A stretch of 64,000 nucleotides of DNA, from contig JAOZUK010000008.1 in NCBI GenBank assembly GCA_029938715.1, positions 5,511 to 69,510 of the forward strand. Direction: 5' to 3'. This document shows positions 27,098-36,583 of the stretch, one piece after another; positions within the stretch are counted from its first letter, which is position 1, and each line of letters starts with the position of its first letter. The translations under genes were made by a program, and so were the position numbers. The notes below the pieces were generated by a model. That model was not told the origin of the DNA. It did not search any database and saw only the letters and a program-made list of their open reading frames with translations. Source of the DNA: Bacteroidales bacterium. Its GTDB lineage: Bacteria; Bacteroidota; Bacteroidia; Bacteroidales; GCA-2748055.

Positions 27098-27929
27098 GGA
27101 TATCTTTGGTAATGGCCACATGTTCGAATCCTGCTTTGTTAAACAACCGGGCAGTCTCTTTCCCAAATCTTTCATTAATTTCTACCCAGAACAAACCACC
27201 TGATTCCAGCTTATTCATGCAGAAAGCTGCGATGGACCTGAAATAGACCAGGGGTTCACTATTATTAACAAAGAGTGCAGACCCGGGTTCAAAGTCAAGT
27301 ACGTTTTTTGTCATCATTTCTTTCTCACTTTTCAACACATAAGGAGGATTGCTTACCACCAGGCTGAAGGGGCCTTCTAAGTTCATCAACTCCGGATCCA
27401 GCATGTCCCTCTGAACCCATTTGATATCCAGGTTATTAAGTCTACCGTTAATATTAGACATTTCGAGTGCCCCCTTGCTCAAATCAACTCCGGTAACATC
27501 AGCTTCAGGGAACAATTTTTTCAAGGCCAGAGCTATACAACCCGATCCTGTTCCCAGATCAATAATTCGGTTGCCGGTGTGGCTCCCAGCAGATCCGATA
27601 TTGAGTACCATTTCCTCAGTTTCGGGCCTGGGAATTAGTACAGATTCATCCACCAGAATCTTCATATCACAGAAATATGTGTAACCCAGAATATATTGAA
27701 TGGGTCTCCCACTATGAATTTCGGTTACAATTTCCGTAATTTGCACTTTGGTAGCTGTTTCGGGAATTCTGTTTGGGTCATGTAAATAGACAGATGAGGG
27801 ATAACCCACATGCTCTAAGATCAGTTTGGCGATGGATGAGGATTCATTTCCGGAATATATTTTCCGAAGCTCTCTTAGAAGGACAAGCCTGATCTGTGCA
27901 ATAGTGGCATGGTTTTGGAACATAATCAA
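27063..27929 (-). CDS. prmC: release factor glutamine N5-methyltransferase
   Basis: Motif I DLGTGSGCIA and catalytic NPPY (VVSNPPYV), 288 aa. Confidence 0.9.
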   Translation of the reverse strand: MIMFQNHATIAQIRLVLLRELRKIYSGNESSSIAKLILEHVGYPSSVYLHDPNRIPETATKVQITEIVTEIHSGRPIQYILGYTYFCDMKILVDESVLIPRPETEEMVLNIGSAGSHTGNRIIDLGTGSGCIALALKKLFPEADVTGVDLSKGALEMSNINGRLNNLDIKWVQRDMLDPELMNLEGPFSLVVSNPPYVLKSEKEMMTKNVLDFEPGSALFVNNSEPLVYFRSIAAFCMNKLESGGLFWVEINERFGKETARLFNKAGFEHVAITKDIHGKERFVNGRK

Positions 27930-27949
27930 ATGTAATAATAAACTGCATC

Positions 27950-29002
27950 TTGCTTACAGAGAAAGATAATAGATACATGTGGCGCTGTTTCGAGCTGGCT
28001 CGAAAGGGTTTGGGTATGACGAAAACGAATCCCCTGGTAGGAAGTGTGATTGTGCACAATGACCGGATCATAGGGGAAGGATTCCACCACGAATTTGGAG
28101 GCCCGCACGCTGAAGTAAATGCCATTCGCTCTGTAAAGGATTGTACTCTATTACCTCAGTCGACCCTTTACTGCAGCCTGGAACCCTGTGCCCATCATGG
28201 AAAAACTCCTCCATGTTCTATGATGATACATAGGAAGAGCATTGGTCGGGTGGTCATCGCAAATTCGGACCCATTCCCGAGTGTGAATGGGGAGGGAATC
28301 AGAATGATGGAAGAAGCTGGCATTAATGTGGAGACCGGTTGTCTGGCTGAAGAGGGATATCATCTGAATCGCCGTTTTTTTCGTTATCTCAACAGCAAGC
28401 GTCCCTATGTAATTTTGAAGTGGGCCCAGACTACAGATGGATTTATTGATCTTGAACGGGAGCCAGGTGAAACCGAGGGCCCCAGGTGGATCACTGATAA
28501 GTTGAACCGGACCCTGGTTCATAAATGGCGGTCAGAAGAGGCTGCAATCATGGTGGGTACCAATACGGTGATTGCCGATAATCCCAGTTTGAATGTCCGC
28601 AGGTGGACCGGGGAAAACCCCATTCGGATCACCATGGACCGAAATGGCAGGTTGCCCGATAGTACACATATACTGGATGGAAAGCAGGATACAATGATTT
28701 TTACTGGAGTTCCGGGGAAATATTTAGGAAAAACCAGGAGCATTCATATAGATCCTTCATATGAGCTTGGGGATGTGCTGGAGGAGCTTTACGATCAGAA
28801 GGTGATTTCCCTGTTTGTGGAGGGAGGTGCCAGGTTACTCACCTCTTTTATCGAGGCAGGTTTATGGGATGAAGCCAGAGTTTTTACAGGGAAGATGGCC
28901 TTCAGTCAGGGAGTAAGTGCTCCTAATCTGGCCATAACTCCGGATGAAACACTTTATTTCAGTGATACAAAGCTTGAGATTTTTAAAAACCAAACAAGCT
29001 AG
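27950..29002 (+). CDS. ribD: bifunctional riboflavin biosynthesis deaminase/reductase
   Basis: Deaminase zinc motifs HAEVNAI and PCAHHGKTPPC, plus a C-terminal RibD reductase domain. TTG start only 20 nt from the divergent prmC start. Confidence 0.9.
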   Translation: MLTEKDNRYMWRCFELARKGLGMTKTNPLVGSVIVHNDRIIGEGFHHEFGGPHAEVNAIRSVKDCTLLPQSTLYCSLEPCAHHGKTPPCSMMIHRKSIGRVVIANSDPFPSVNGEGIRMMEEAGINVETGCLAEEGYHLNRRFFRYLNSKRPYVILKWAQTTDGFIDLEREPGETEGPRWITDKLNRTLVHKWRSEEAAIMVGTNTVIADNPSLNVRRWTGENPIRITMDRNGRLPDSTHILDGKQDTMIFTGVPGKYLGKTRSIHIDPSYELGDVLEELYDQKVISLFVEGGARLLTSFIEAGLWDEARVFTGKMAFSQGVSAPNLAITPDETLYFSDTKLEIFKNQTS

Positions 29003-29078
29003 TGAAGTAACATTAAGAGAACTAACTACGTACAAGTCTGTTAAATGAGAAGTATTATACCGGGTATAGTCTAATAAA

Positions 29079-31424
29079 ATGAAGAGAGTTACATATATAA
29101 TTATTCTGTTGCTGGCATTTACCACCACAGTTGTGCAATCTCAATCGGCCAGGCAATATTTTAAGGCTGGGGAAGATTTCTCAAGGGCAATGAATTACAG
29201 CGATGCGATCGAACAGTTTAGCAAAGCCATCGAACTGGACCCCGATTTTGATAAGGCCTATATCAGTCGTGCAGATGCATACTCAAAAATGGGTGAGCAT
29301 GAAAATGCCGCCAGGGATTATGACCGTGCACTGGTATTTGATGAAAAAGAGTCAGAACTTTTCTATTTTTCAGGGAAAGAGTGGTATCTGGAAGGGAACA
29401 ACGAGCTGGCAGTGGAAAAACTTAGCCGGGCCGTAGATTTGAAGGGGAACTTCCTTGAAGCATACCAGATCAGATCAGTGGTTTATATGGAGCTGATGGA
29501 GTATGACCTTGCCCTGGAAGACTGTATTAAGTGCCTGAAATTGAAAGAAGATGAAGCAGCCTATTATAACATTGCACAGGTCTATGAAAAGCTGGAAATG
29601 TACGATGATGCGGAAGAGGCATATAAACATGCCATAAATGAGAACGGGAGGATTGTTCAGACCCACTTTGCTTTTGCAAAGCTATTATATGAAAGGGGAA
29701 AATATAGTCAGGCCAATACTTCCATTGTACAGGCACTGCAACTGGAGCCCACCCTTCTTGATGGTATTTTGCTTCAAAGTCAGATCTTATCAGCCCAGGG
29801 TAGTTATCCCAAGGCCAGTGAAGTTCTCTCTATGGCTTCTATTGAGTATCCCGATGAGGCAAGGATCTATGTCTACCGTGGAGATATAAACAGCCTGATG
29901 AATCAGCCCAGTTATGCGATCATAGATTACGGAAAAGCCATTGAACTTAATCCGGACAGTGCGGAGGTCTTTTATAAAAGAGCCGTAGCCTATGAAGCTA
30001 TAAGGGATTATGAAAGGGCGCTATCGGATTACGAAATATTGGTATCCATGTCGAAATATAATGGTACAGCTCTAAGACTGTACGAGGATGCAAACCAACG
30101 TATGTTTGAGATAAACAGGGAAGAGGTCAAACCCAGGGTTACTTTGAAGGATCCTGTATCAGGTGAAGGTAATATTGTTGATGTTTCCAAGGAGATTATG
30201 GTGATCAATGTAACCGGACTTGTGGATGACCAGAGTGAAATAAAATCTCTGCAGGTAAATGGATTTACAGTACCTGTGGAAAAAACGGATGAAGGATTCC
30301 TCTTCCTTGCCAGTGTAAGTCTTGCGACTTCCAACCAGATCATCGTACAGGTTTCGGATATCTATGACAATACTGAAACAGCTATTTTTCCTATTAGACG
30401 CACTGAAGTGGATCCCCCCATTGTGAGGATGATTGCTCCATATGCTTCGGAGAATAACATTCTCTATCTCGATAGCAATGAGCCATACATCTATATGGAG
30501 GGAAAAATTTTGGATGAGAGCAAAATCACCATGATTTATGTGGACAGTGTATTGGCAAGCTATATTCCAAGTGATCTGAATCCTTCATTTACGGCGCTTG
30601 TTAAAGTGCAGAATAAAAGCAGGATTGTTGTAAGGGTTGAAGATGAGTATGGCAACTCGTCTGAAATAGAGTATACCCTGAACAGGGATGCCCAGACTTT
30701 TGCAGATAATCCAATGGGTAAAACCTGGGCCATTTTCATTGAGAATTCAGATTATGATTCTTTTTCCAGCCTGGATGGTCCTCCGAAGGATATCTCACTG
30801 ATGAGGACAGCACTGGCCAGGTACCAGATACATAATGTGATTCATAAAAAGAACATGACCAAAGTGGAGTTTCAGAAATTTTTCTCCATCGACTTAAGAG
30901 ACATGATCAGAAGCAACAGGGTGAACTCTATTCTGGTCTGGTATGCAGGTCACGGTAAATATATCAACGAGAGTGGATACTGGATCCCGGTTGATGCTTC
31001 AAGGGACGACGAATTCTCCTACTATAACATCAATGCTCTGAAAGCCTCCATGCAGTCCTATCCCGACTGCCTGGATCATACACTGGTAATCACAGATGCC
31101 TGTGAGTCCGGCCCAAGCTTTTACCAGGCCTTAAGATCAGGAATTCAGGAGCGTAGTTGCGACGATTGGGAGTCCACCAGTTTCAAATCATCCCAGGTGT
31201 TTTCTTCTGCAGGATATGAAATGGCACTTGATAACAGTCAGTTTACCAGAACATTCGCTAATGTACTGGTAAATAGTCCTGGCAGTTGTGTGCCCATTGA
31301 GAAAATTGTTCAGAAGGTCACATCAGCTGTAATGAACGGGAATAAACAAGAACCCCAGTTTGGTAAGATTGCGGGTCTGGAGGATGAGGATGGGACTTTC
31401 TTTTTTATCCCTAAAGACTATTAA
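29079..31424 (+). CDS. secreted TPR-repeat protein with a C-terminal caspase-like (C14) domain
   Basis: Signal peptide MKRVTYIIILLLAFTTTVVQSQ, about 8 TPR units (aa 25-340) and a beta-rich middle region. The caspase dyad contexts are present: LVWYAGHGKY and LVITDACESGPSF. Confidence 0.8.
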   Translation: MKRVTYIIILLLAFTTTVVQSQSARQYFKAGEDFSRAMNYSDAIEQFSKAIELDPDFDKAYISRADAYSKMGEHENAARDYDRALVFDEKESELFYFSGKEWYLEGNNELAVEKLSRAVDLKGNFLEAYQIRSVVYMELMEYDLALEDCIKCLKLKEDEAAYYNIAQVYEKLEMYDDAEEAYKHAINENGRIVQTHFAFAKLLYERGKYSQANTSIVQALQLEPTLLDGILLQSQILSAQGSYPKASEVLSMASIEYPDEARIYVYRGDINSLMNQPSYAIIDYGKAIELNPDSAEVFYKRAVAYEAIRDYERALSDYEILVSMSKYNGTALRLYEDANQRMFEINREEVKPRVTLKDPVSGEGNIVDVSKEIMVINVTGLVDDQSEIKSLQVNGFTVPVEKTDEGFLFLASVSLATSNQIIVQVSDIYDNTETAIFPIRRTEVDPPIVRMIAPYASENNILYLDSNEPYIYMEGKILDESKITMIYVDSVLASYIPSDLNPSFTALVKVQNKSRIVVRVEDEYGNSSEIEYTLNRDAQTFADNPMGKTWAIFIENSDYDSFSSLDGPPKDISLMRTALARYQIHNVIHKKNMTKVEFQKFFSIDLRDMIRSNRVNSILVWYAGHGKYINESGYWIPVDASRDDEFSYYNINALKASMQSYPDCLDHTLVITDACESGPSFYQALRSGIQERSCDDWESTSFKSSQVFSSAGYEMALDNSQFTRTFANVLVNSPGSCVPIEKIVQKVTSAVMNGNKQEPQFGKIAGLEDEDGTFFFIPKDY

Positions 31425-31426
31425 CT

Positions 31427-31744
31427 CTAAAGAAGAGCTTCCAGTTTACTAACGATCGTACTTTTTGGAACAGCACCTACCTGTTTGTCGGCCACATCCC
31501 CATTTTTAAAATAGAGAATGGTGGGAATATTCCTGATTCCATATTTCGCAGTAATCCCAGGATTGCTATCCACATCAACCTTAGCCACAATAGCTTTACC
31601 GTCATAGTCAACTCCAACCTCTTCAACGATAGGCCCTACCATGCGGCAGGGGCCACACCATTCAGCCCAAAAGTCTACAATCACAGGTTTATCTGCTCTC
31701 AATACCAGTTCGTCGAAATTGTTATCTGTTGCTTCTAATGCCAT
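31427..31744 (-). CDS. trxA: thioredoxin
   Basis: 105 aa with the WCGPC active site. Confidence 0.95.
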   Translation of the reverse strand: MALEATDNNFDELVLRADKPVIVDFWAEWCGPCRMVGPIVEEVGVDYDGKAIVAKVDVDSNPGITAKYGIRNIPTILYFKNGDVADKQVGAVPKSTIVSKLEALL

Positions 31745-31798
31745 GTCTTACTTTTTATGTAATGAAAAATTGTTGGCACAAAATTATAAAAAAAATGG

Positions 31799-34700
31799 TT
31801 ACGTGAGACTGAATTCAAAATCAGCGCTCTTTTGAAGATAATCCACTAATTCATCAGTAATCAATACATGTTTTTTACGTGAGAAAAGGTTCAACTTCAT
31901 ATTGGTTTCAGGGTCATTGATACTGAATTTGAGAAGCTTGCCATTTTCGTTCACGGTATAGCGTTCAATCTCATCAATAAACTCTGTGGTGATCTTAGAT
32001 ATATCCATGAAGATGTTAACGGACTTTACCAGTTTTTCACGTACATCAGCAAGCATATACACAGTCTTGAGTCTGAGGGAGTAAATCTTTCGATTGGGCT
32101 CTTCCCGGGGGCTCCATTCATTTACAGTTGCCTTGATCATCAGGGCCACATCGGGAAGGAAATACTGTTTGAAGTTGACATAATCGTCGTTCTTAAGTCT
32201 CAGATTATAAGTCTCGGTATAATCCTCCAGCTGGGCCAGCAGGTAAGGTTTATTTCTCCATTGATCCACTCCGTCCCTCACAGTTTTTACCATTCCGCAA
32301 AAGACCATGTCTCTGCCTCTGAATCGTTTCAGGTCTGTAAGTTCATGAAGTGTATTGGGACAGAATGAGTCAATTTCAATTTTGAACCGGTCAAGTGGAT
32401 GGGAGGTCAGATAAATACCTATCAATTCCTTTTCTCGCTTGCACTTGGTGGTGTCGTCCCATTCGTTTACTTCCGGAGGGATTGGTTTGGAGATGGCTAT
32501 AGAACTGGTCTCGCCAAACAAATTTTGCTGTGGGGTACTCCTCTCATACTGAATCTTATTTCCGAATTTGATCAGTTGTTCGATGAAAGTGGCTTCCTGA
32601 TCCTCTATGGTATCCAGATACTGACTTCTGGAGATGGAGCTAAAACAGTCAAGTGCACCCGAAACGGCCAATCCTTCAAAATTTTTCCGGTTTACCTGGT
32701 GCAAGTTGTTGCGCTCCACAAAATCATAAATATCTTTAAAGGGCCCGGTGGAGATTCGCTCCTCAATGATACTTTGAACGGCGTTTGCGCCGACCCCTTT
32801 GATGGCACCCAGCCCAAATCGAATGTCTCCACTGTCGTTCACTGTAAACCTTACATTGCTTTCGTTCACATCGGGGCTAAGCACTGAGATGGACATTCTT
32901 CTGCACTCATCCATAAATGCTCCGATCTTCTTAATATCGGTAATGTTTCTACTTAATACAGCAGCCATAAACTCGGCCGGATAATTGGCTTTAAGGTATG
33001 CTGTTTGATAAGAAACGTAAGCATAACAGGTTGAATGGGATTTGTTAAAAGCATATTGGGCAAATGCTTCCCAATCGGTCCAGATCTTTTCGATCTTTTT
33101 AGTTGAGAAACCATTTTTGGTACAGCCCTCCACAAACTTGACCTTGAGCTCATCCATCATTTTTTTGATCTTCTTACCCATGGCCTTTCGAAGTGAATCT
33201 GCTTCACCCCTGGTAAATCCTGCCAGTTTCCTGGACAGGAGCATCACCTGTTCCTGATAGACCGTGATTCCGTAGGTATCTTTCAGATATTCTTCCATTT
33301 CGGGAAGGTCGTACTCAATCTTCTCATTTCCATGTTTACGGTTTATAAAACTTGGAATGTATTCCATGGGGCCCGGCCTGTAGAGGGCATTCATGGCGAT
33401 CAGATCGCCGAACCGGTTGGGTTTGAGCTCTTTCAGGTACTTCTTCATTCCAGGAGATTCGAACTGAAACAGTCCGGTTGTCTCACCTTTTGAGTAGAGA
33501 TCAAAAGTGACCTTATCATCCATTGGAATGTGGTCAATATCGATCTCAATACCCCTGGATTCTTTAATATTGGCCACTGCGTCTTTAATGATGGAGAGGG
33601 TTTTTAATCCCAGGAAGTCCATTTTAAGCATTCCCACATCCTCTACAAAATGCCCGTCAAACTGTGTGACCAGTAGTTCTGAATCTTTAAACTTACATAC
33701 TGGTAAATGTTCTTTAAGATCATTACGTCCAATAATTACCCCGCAGGCATGAAGGCCTGTTTGCCTGACCGATCCCTCCAGACGCTGGGCAATTCGAAGT
33801 GTATTGGAAATGAGTGGATTGGATGAGTCCCGCTCCGCTTTTAATTCGGGGACTTCTTCAAAGGCCTTTGCAAAGGTAGTTCCAGGTCGTTCGGGAATCA
33901 GTTTGGCCAGCCTGTCAGCCTCCGGCAGCGGGAGTTTTTGGATCCGGGCCACATCTCTGATGGCCATTTTTGCAGCCATGGTACCGAAAGTGATGATGTG
34001 GGCTACCCTTTCATGACCATACTTTCTAACTACCCATTTCAGTACCTCATCCCGGCCATCTTCATCAAAGTCTATGTCAATATCGGGCATGGAGATCCGA
34101 TCGGGATTCAGGAACCGTTCAAACAGCAGGTCATACTTGATGGGGTCAATATCTGTAATACGCAGACAATAGGCTACGGCCGATCCGGCCGCTGATCCAC
34201 GTCCGGGCCCAACTGAAACACCCATCTCCCTGGCAGCAGAAATGAAGTCCTGTACAATCAGGAAGTATCCTGGATATCCCATGCGTTGAATAGTACCCAA
34301 CTCAAAGTCAATCCTCTCCCTTATTGCATCAGTAATCTCCTTATACCGTCTGCCGGCTCCCTGGTAAGTAATATGTTTGAGGTATTCATCTTCGTTATGG
34401 AATCCATCCGGAAGAGGGAAATAGGGCATGACCGGATTGGTGTTCAATTCGTAGAGCTCAACCTTCTCTGCCACTTCGACAGTGTTATTCAGAATCCCGG
34501 GAAGGTCAGAGAATACCTCTTTCATCTCCTCCCTGGTTTTGAACCACTCCTGACGAGTGTACCTCATCCGTTTTGGATCATCCAGGTCCTTGCCTGTATT
34601 AAGACAGATGAGATGATCATGAGCTTCGGCATCTTCCATATCCACGAAATGTACATCGTTGGATGCCACGCATTTGATGCCCAGTTTTTTTCCTATTTCA

Positions 34701-36046
34701 AGAAGGGTGCGGTTCACAAATACCTGGTCGTCAAACACCAGCTTATTCATGCCGGGATTGTCAGTTTGATGCCGCATCAACTCCAGGTAAAAATCATCCT
34801 TAAATATCCTTTGATATTCAAGTGCAATTTGCTCAGCTTTCTCTACCGATTGATGCATAATGGCCTGGGGGACCTCTCCTCCAAGACAGGCTGAGAGACA
34901 AATGAGTCCTTCGGAATACTTTTCAAGTATTTCGCGGTCAATTCTGGGCTTATAATAAAATCCTTCGATCCAACCGAGAGAAATCATGGTCGTCAGGTTG
35001 CTGTAGCCCAGGGGGTTCTTAGCCAGGAGTACCACATGATTGAAGGCATCTAAGTTTTTATCTTTTTTCGAATGTCTCTCCCTTCGGGCAATGTAAGCCT
35101 CGCATCCCAGAATTGGTTTTATACCGCGTTTGCTGGCCTCATTATGGAACTCTTTAACTCCGAACATATTTCCATGATCGGTAATGGCCACAGCACGCAT
35201 GTCATCTTCAACGGCTTTTTTCAAAAGATTAGGAATACTGGCGGCACCATCCAGTATGGAGTACTGGGTATGCACATGCAAATGGACAAAATCAACCTGC
35301 TCAGGAGTTGCCTCCTGAATCTGTATCTCGATTGAGGAATCCGGCTTCTGAGTGGATTCTGGTTCTTCCTCCCAGTTGGATTTATGTGTGATTCCGTATT
35401 TCCCTATGCGGCCCTGATTATTGGCAATGAAGGAGCCATATTGCTCTGTGGAAAGCTGTAACTGTTCGGGTGAAATGATCTTCCTTCTGAGCAGTTCAAA
35501 AAAGATGCGTGTCGTAGCTTCCACATCGGCCGCAGCATTATGTGCTTCCTGGAACTGTTCCTCAAACAGGTACTCGTATAATTCCATCAGTTTGGGTGGC
35601 TTGAATTTACCACCCCTTCCACCGGGGAGTTTCATGTGATCGGTGCTTGACCACATGGTACAGACCTCTCTCTTTTCCATGAATTTTGTATCAACAGCTG
35701 CCCTGATAAACTCTGCACCAAGGGCATTGATATCGAATTTTACGTTATGACCAATTAAAAAAGTAGCCCGGGCCAGGGATTCATTAAACTGGTTGAGGCT
35801 TTCCTGAAGAGGCACCCCATGATTCAACGCTTTTTTTGTAGAGATCCCATGAACCTTCTCAGCCGAATAAGGAATCTCAAATCCTTCAGGTCTGATTAAA
35901 AGGTTGAAATGCTCAATCAATCCTCCGGTTTCATCATGCAGCTGCCAGGCAATCTGTATGACCCTTGGCCAGTTATCTACTTCTGAAATAGGTGCATTGT
36001 TCCGTTTGGGCAATCCAGTGGTTTCGGTATCAAAAATTAAATACAT
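31799..36046 (-). CDS. dnaE: DNA polymerase III alpha subunit with a fused N-terminal DEDDh 3'-5' exonuclease domain
   Basis: 1415 aa. Exo I FDTETTG, Exo II GHNVKFD, Exo III HNAAADVEAT (aa 1-190), a linker, then PHP (HLHVHTQYSILDGA), the polymerase core, HhH and the OB fold. Confidence 0.95.
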   Translation of the reverse strand: MYLIFDTETTGLPKRNNAPISEVDNWPRVIQIAWQLHDETGGLIEHFNLLIRPEGFEIPYSAEKVHGISTKKALNHGVPLQESLNQFNESLARATFLIGHNVKFDINALGAEFIRAAVDTKFMEKREVCTMWSSTDHMKLPGGRGGKFKPPKLMELYEYLFEEQFQEAHNAAADVEATTRIFFELLRRKIISPEQLQLSTEQYGSFIANNQGRIGKYGITHKSNWEEEPESTQKPDSSIEIQIQEATPEQVDFVHLHVHTQYSILDGAASIPNLLKKAVEDDMRAVAITDHGNMFGVKEFHNEASKRGIKPILGCEAYIARRERHSKKDKNLDAFNHVVLLAKNPLGYSNLTTMISLGWIEGFYYKPRIDREILEKYSEGLICLSACLGGEVPQAIMHQSVEKAEQIALEYQRIFKDDFYLELMRHQTDNPGMNKLVFDDQVFVNRTLLEIGKKLGIKCVASNDVHFVDMEDAEAHDHLICLNTGKDLDDPKRMRYTRQEWFKTREEMKEVFSDLPGILNNTVEVAEKVELYELNTNPVMPYFPLPDGFHNEDEYLKHITYQGAGRRYKEITDAIRERIDFELGTIQRMGYPGYFLIVQDFISAAREMGVSVGPGRGSAAGSAVAYCLRITDIDPIKYDLLFERFLNPDRISMPDIDIDFDEDGRDEVLKWVVRKYGHERVAHIITFGTMAAKMAIRDVARIQKLPLPEADRLAKLIPERPGTTFAKAFEEVPELKAERDSSNPLISNTLRIAQRLEGSVRQTGLHACGVIIGRNDLKEHLPVCKFKDSELLVTQFDGHFVEDVGMLKMDFLGLKTLSIIKDAVANIKESRGIEIDIDHIPMDDKVTFDLYSKGETTGLFQFESPGMKKYLKELKPNRFGDLIAMNALYRPGPMEYIPSFINRKHGNEKIEYDLPEMEEYLKDTYGITVYQEQVMLLSRKLAGFTRGEADSLRKAMGKKIKKMMDELKVKFVEGCTKNGFSTKKIEKIWTDWEAFAQYAFNKSHSTCYAYVSYQTAYLKANYPAEFMAAVLSRNITDIKKIGAFMDECRRMSISVLSPDVNESNVRFTVNDSGDIRFGLGAIKGVGANAVQSIIEERISTGPFKDIYDFVERNNLHQVNRKNFEGLAVSGALDCFSSISRSQYLDTIEDQEATFIEQLIKFGNKIQYERSTPQQNLFGETSSIAISKPIPPEVNEWDDTTKCKREKELIGIYLTSHPLDRFKIEIDSFCPNTLHELTDLKRFRGRDMVFCGMVKTVRDGVDQWRNKPYLLAQLEDYTETYNLRLKNDDYVNFKQYFLPDVALMIKATVNEWSPREEPNRKIYSLRLKTVYMLADVREKLVKSVNIFMDISKITTEFIDEIERYTVNENGKLLKFSINDPETNMKLNLFSRKKHVLITDELVDYLQKSADFEFSLT

Positions 36047-36128
36047 GGGAAGTAAAGTTAGGCGAAATTGTAGATGGATTCACCTGTGTTAATAATTTCT
36101 TGGCAGGATTATTGAAGTATTAGCGGTG

Positions 36129-36479
36129 ATGAAGAAAATTGCGATATATCTATTTGGATATCTTTTAATAGGAATCCTGGTATCCCCACCTGTAGTTGCT
36201 CAGGACATGGAGGTCCAATTGGCTGACCAACTTCAGATTTTCCCAAATCCTACCGATGGCAAATTTCAGCTCACACTGAAATATGAGGGATCTGAGAAGG
36301 TAACAGCAAAAGTGTTTGATATTACGGGAAAGGTGATAGAGGACATTTCCAATGAACTGGTAAAAGAAGAATCATCTATTACAGCTCGGGTGGATCTTAA
36401 AAATCCTCGTTCAGGCATCTATTTTTTAAGGATTCAGATGGGCTCTAAACTGTTAACCAGGAAAATTGTTATCAAGTAA
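36129..36479 (+). CDS. small T9SS C-terminal-sorting-domain protein with almost no cargo
   Basis: Signal peptide, then IFPNPTDGKFQL ... GIYFLRIQMGSKLLTRKIVIK, which is a type-A Por secretion tail. Only about 116 aa in total. Confidence 0.65.
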   Translation: MKKIAIYLFGYLLIGILVSPPVVAQDMEVQLADQLQIFPNPTDGKFQLTLKYEGSEKVTAKVFDITGKVIEDISNELVKEESSITARVDLKNPRSGIYFLRIQMGSKLLTRKIVIK

Positions 36480-36583
36480 GATTCTCTGATTCATCCGATC
36501 CTCCATTTGAACCTTTGGTCATTTAAGGTGTTTTATTTAGTTGCTGAAATCTTTATAATTCAGTAGCAATTAGATAAAACTTT

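Noticed and set aside
29079-31424. TPR-caspase as a CRISPR-associated TPR-CHAT or antiphage defence effector
   Set aside because: It has a clear Sec signal peptide, no CRISPR, cas or other defence genes nearby, and housekeeping neighbours. A periplasmic or surface role fits better.
36480-36583. Possible riboswitch (for example cobalamin) upstream of the TonB-dependent receptor
   Set aside because: There are only 104 nt, with one bulged hairpin (TTGCTGAA...TTCAGTAGCAA). None of the conserved riboswitch cores I can recall is present.
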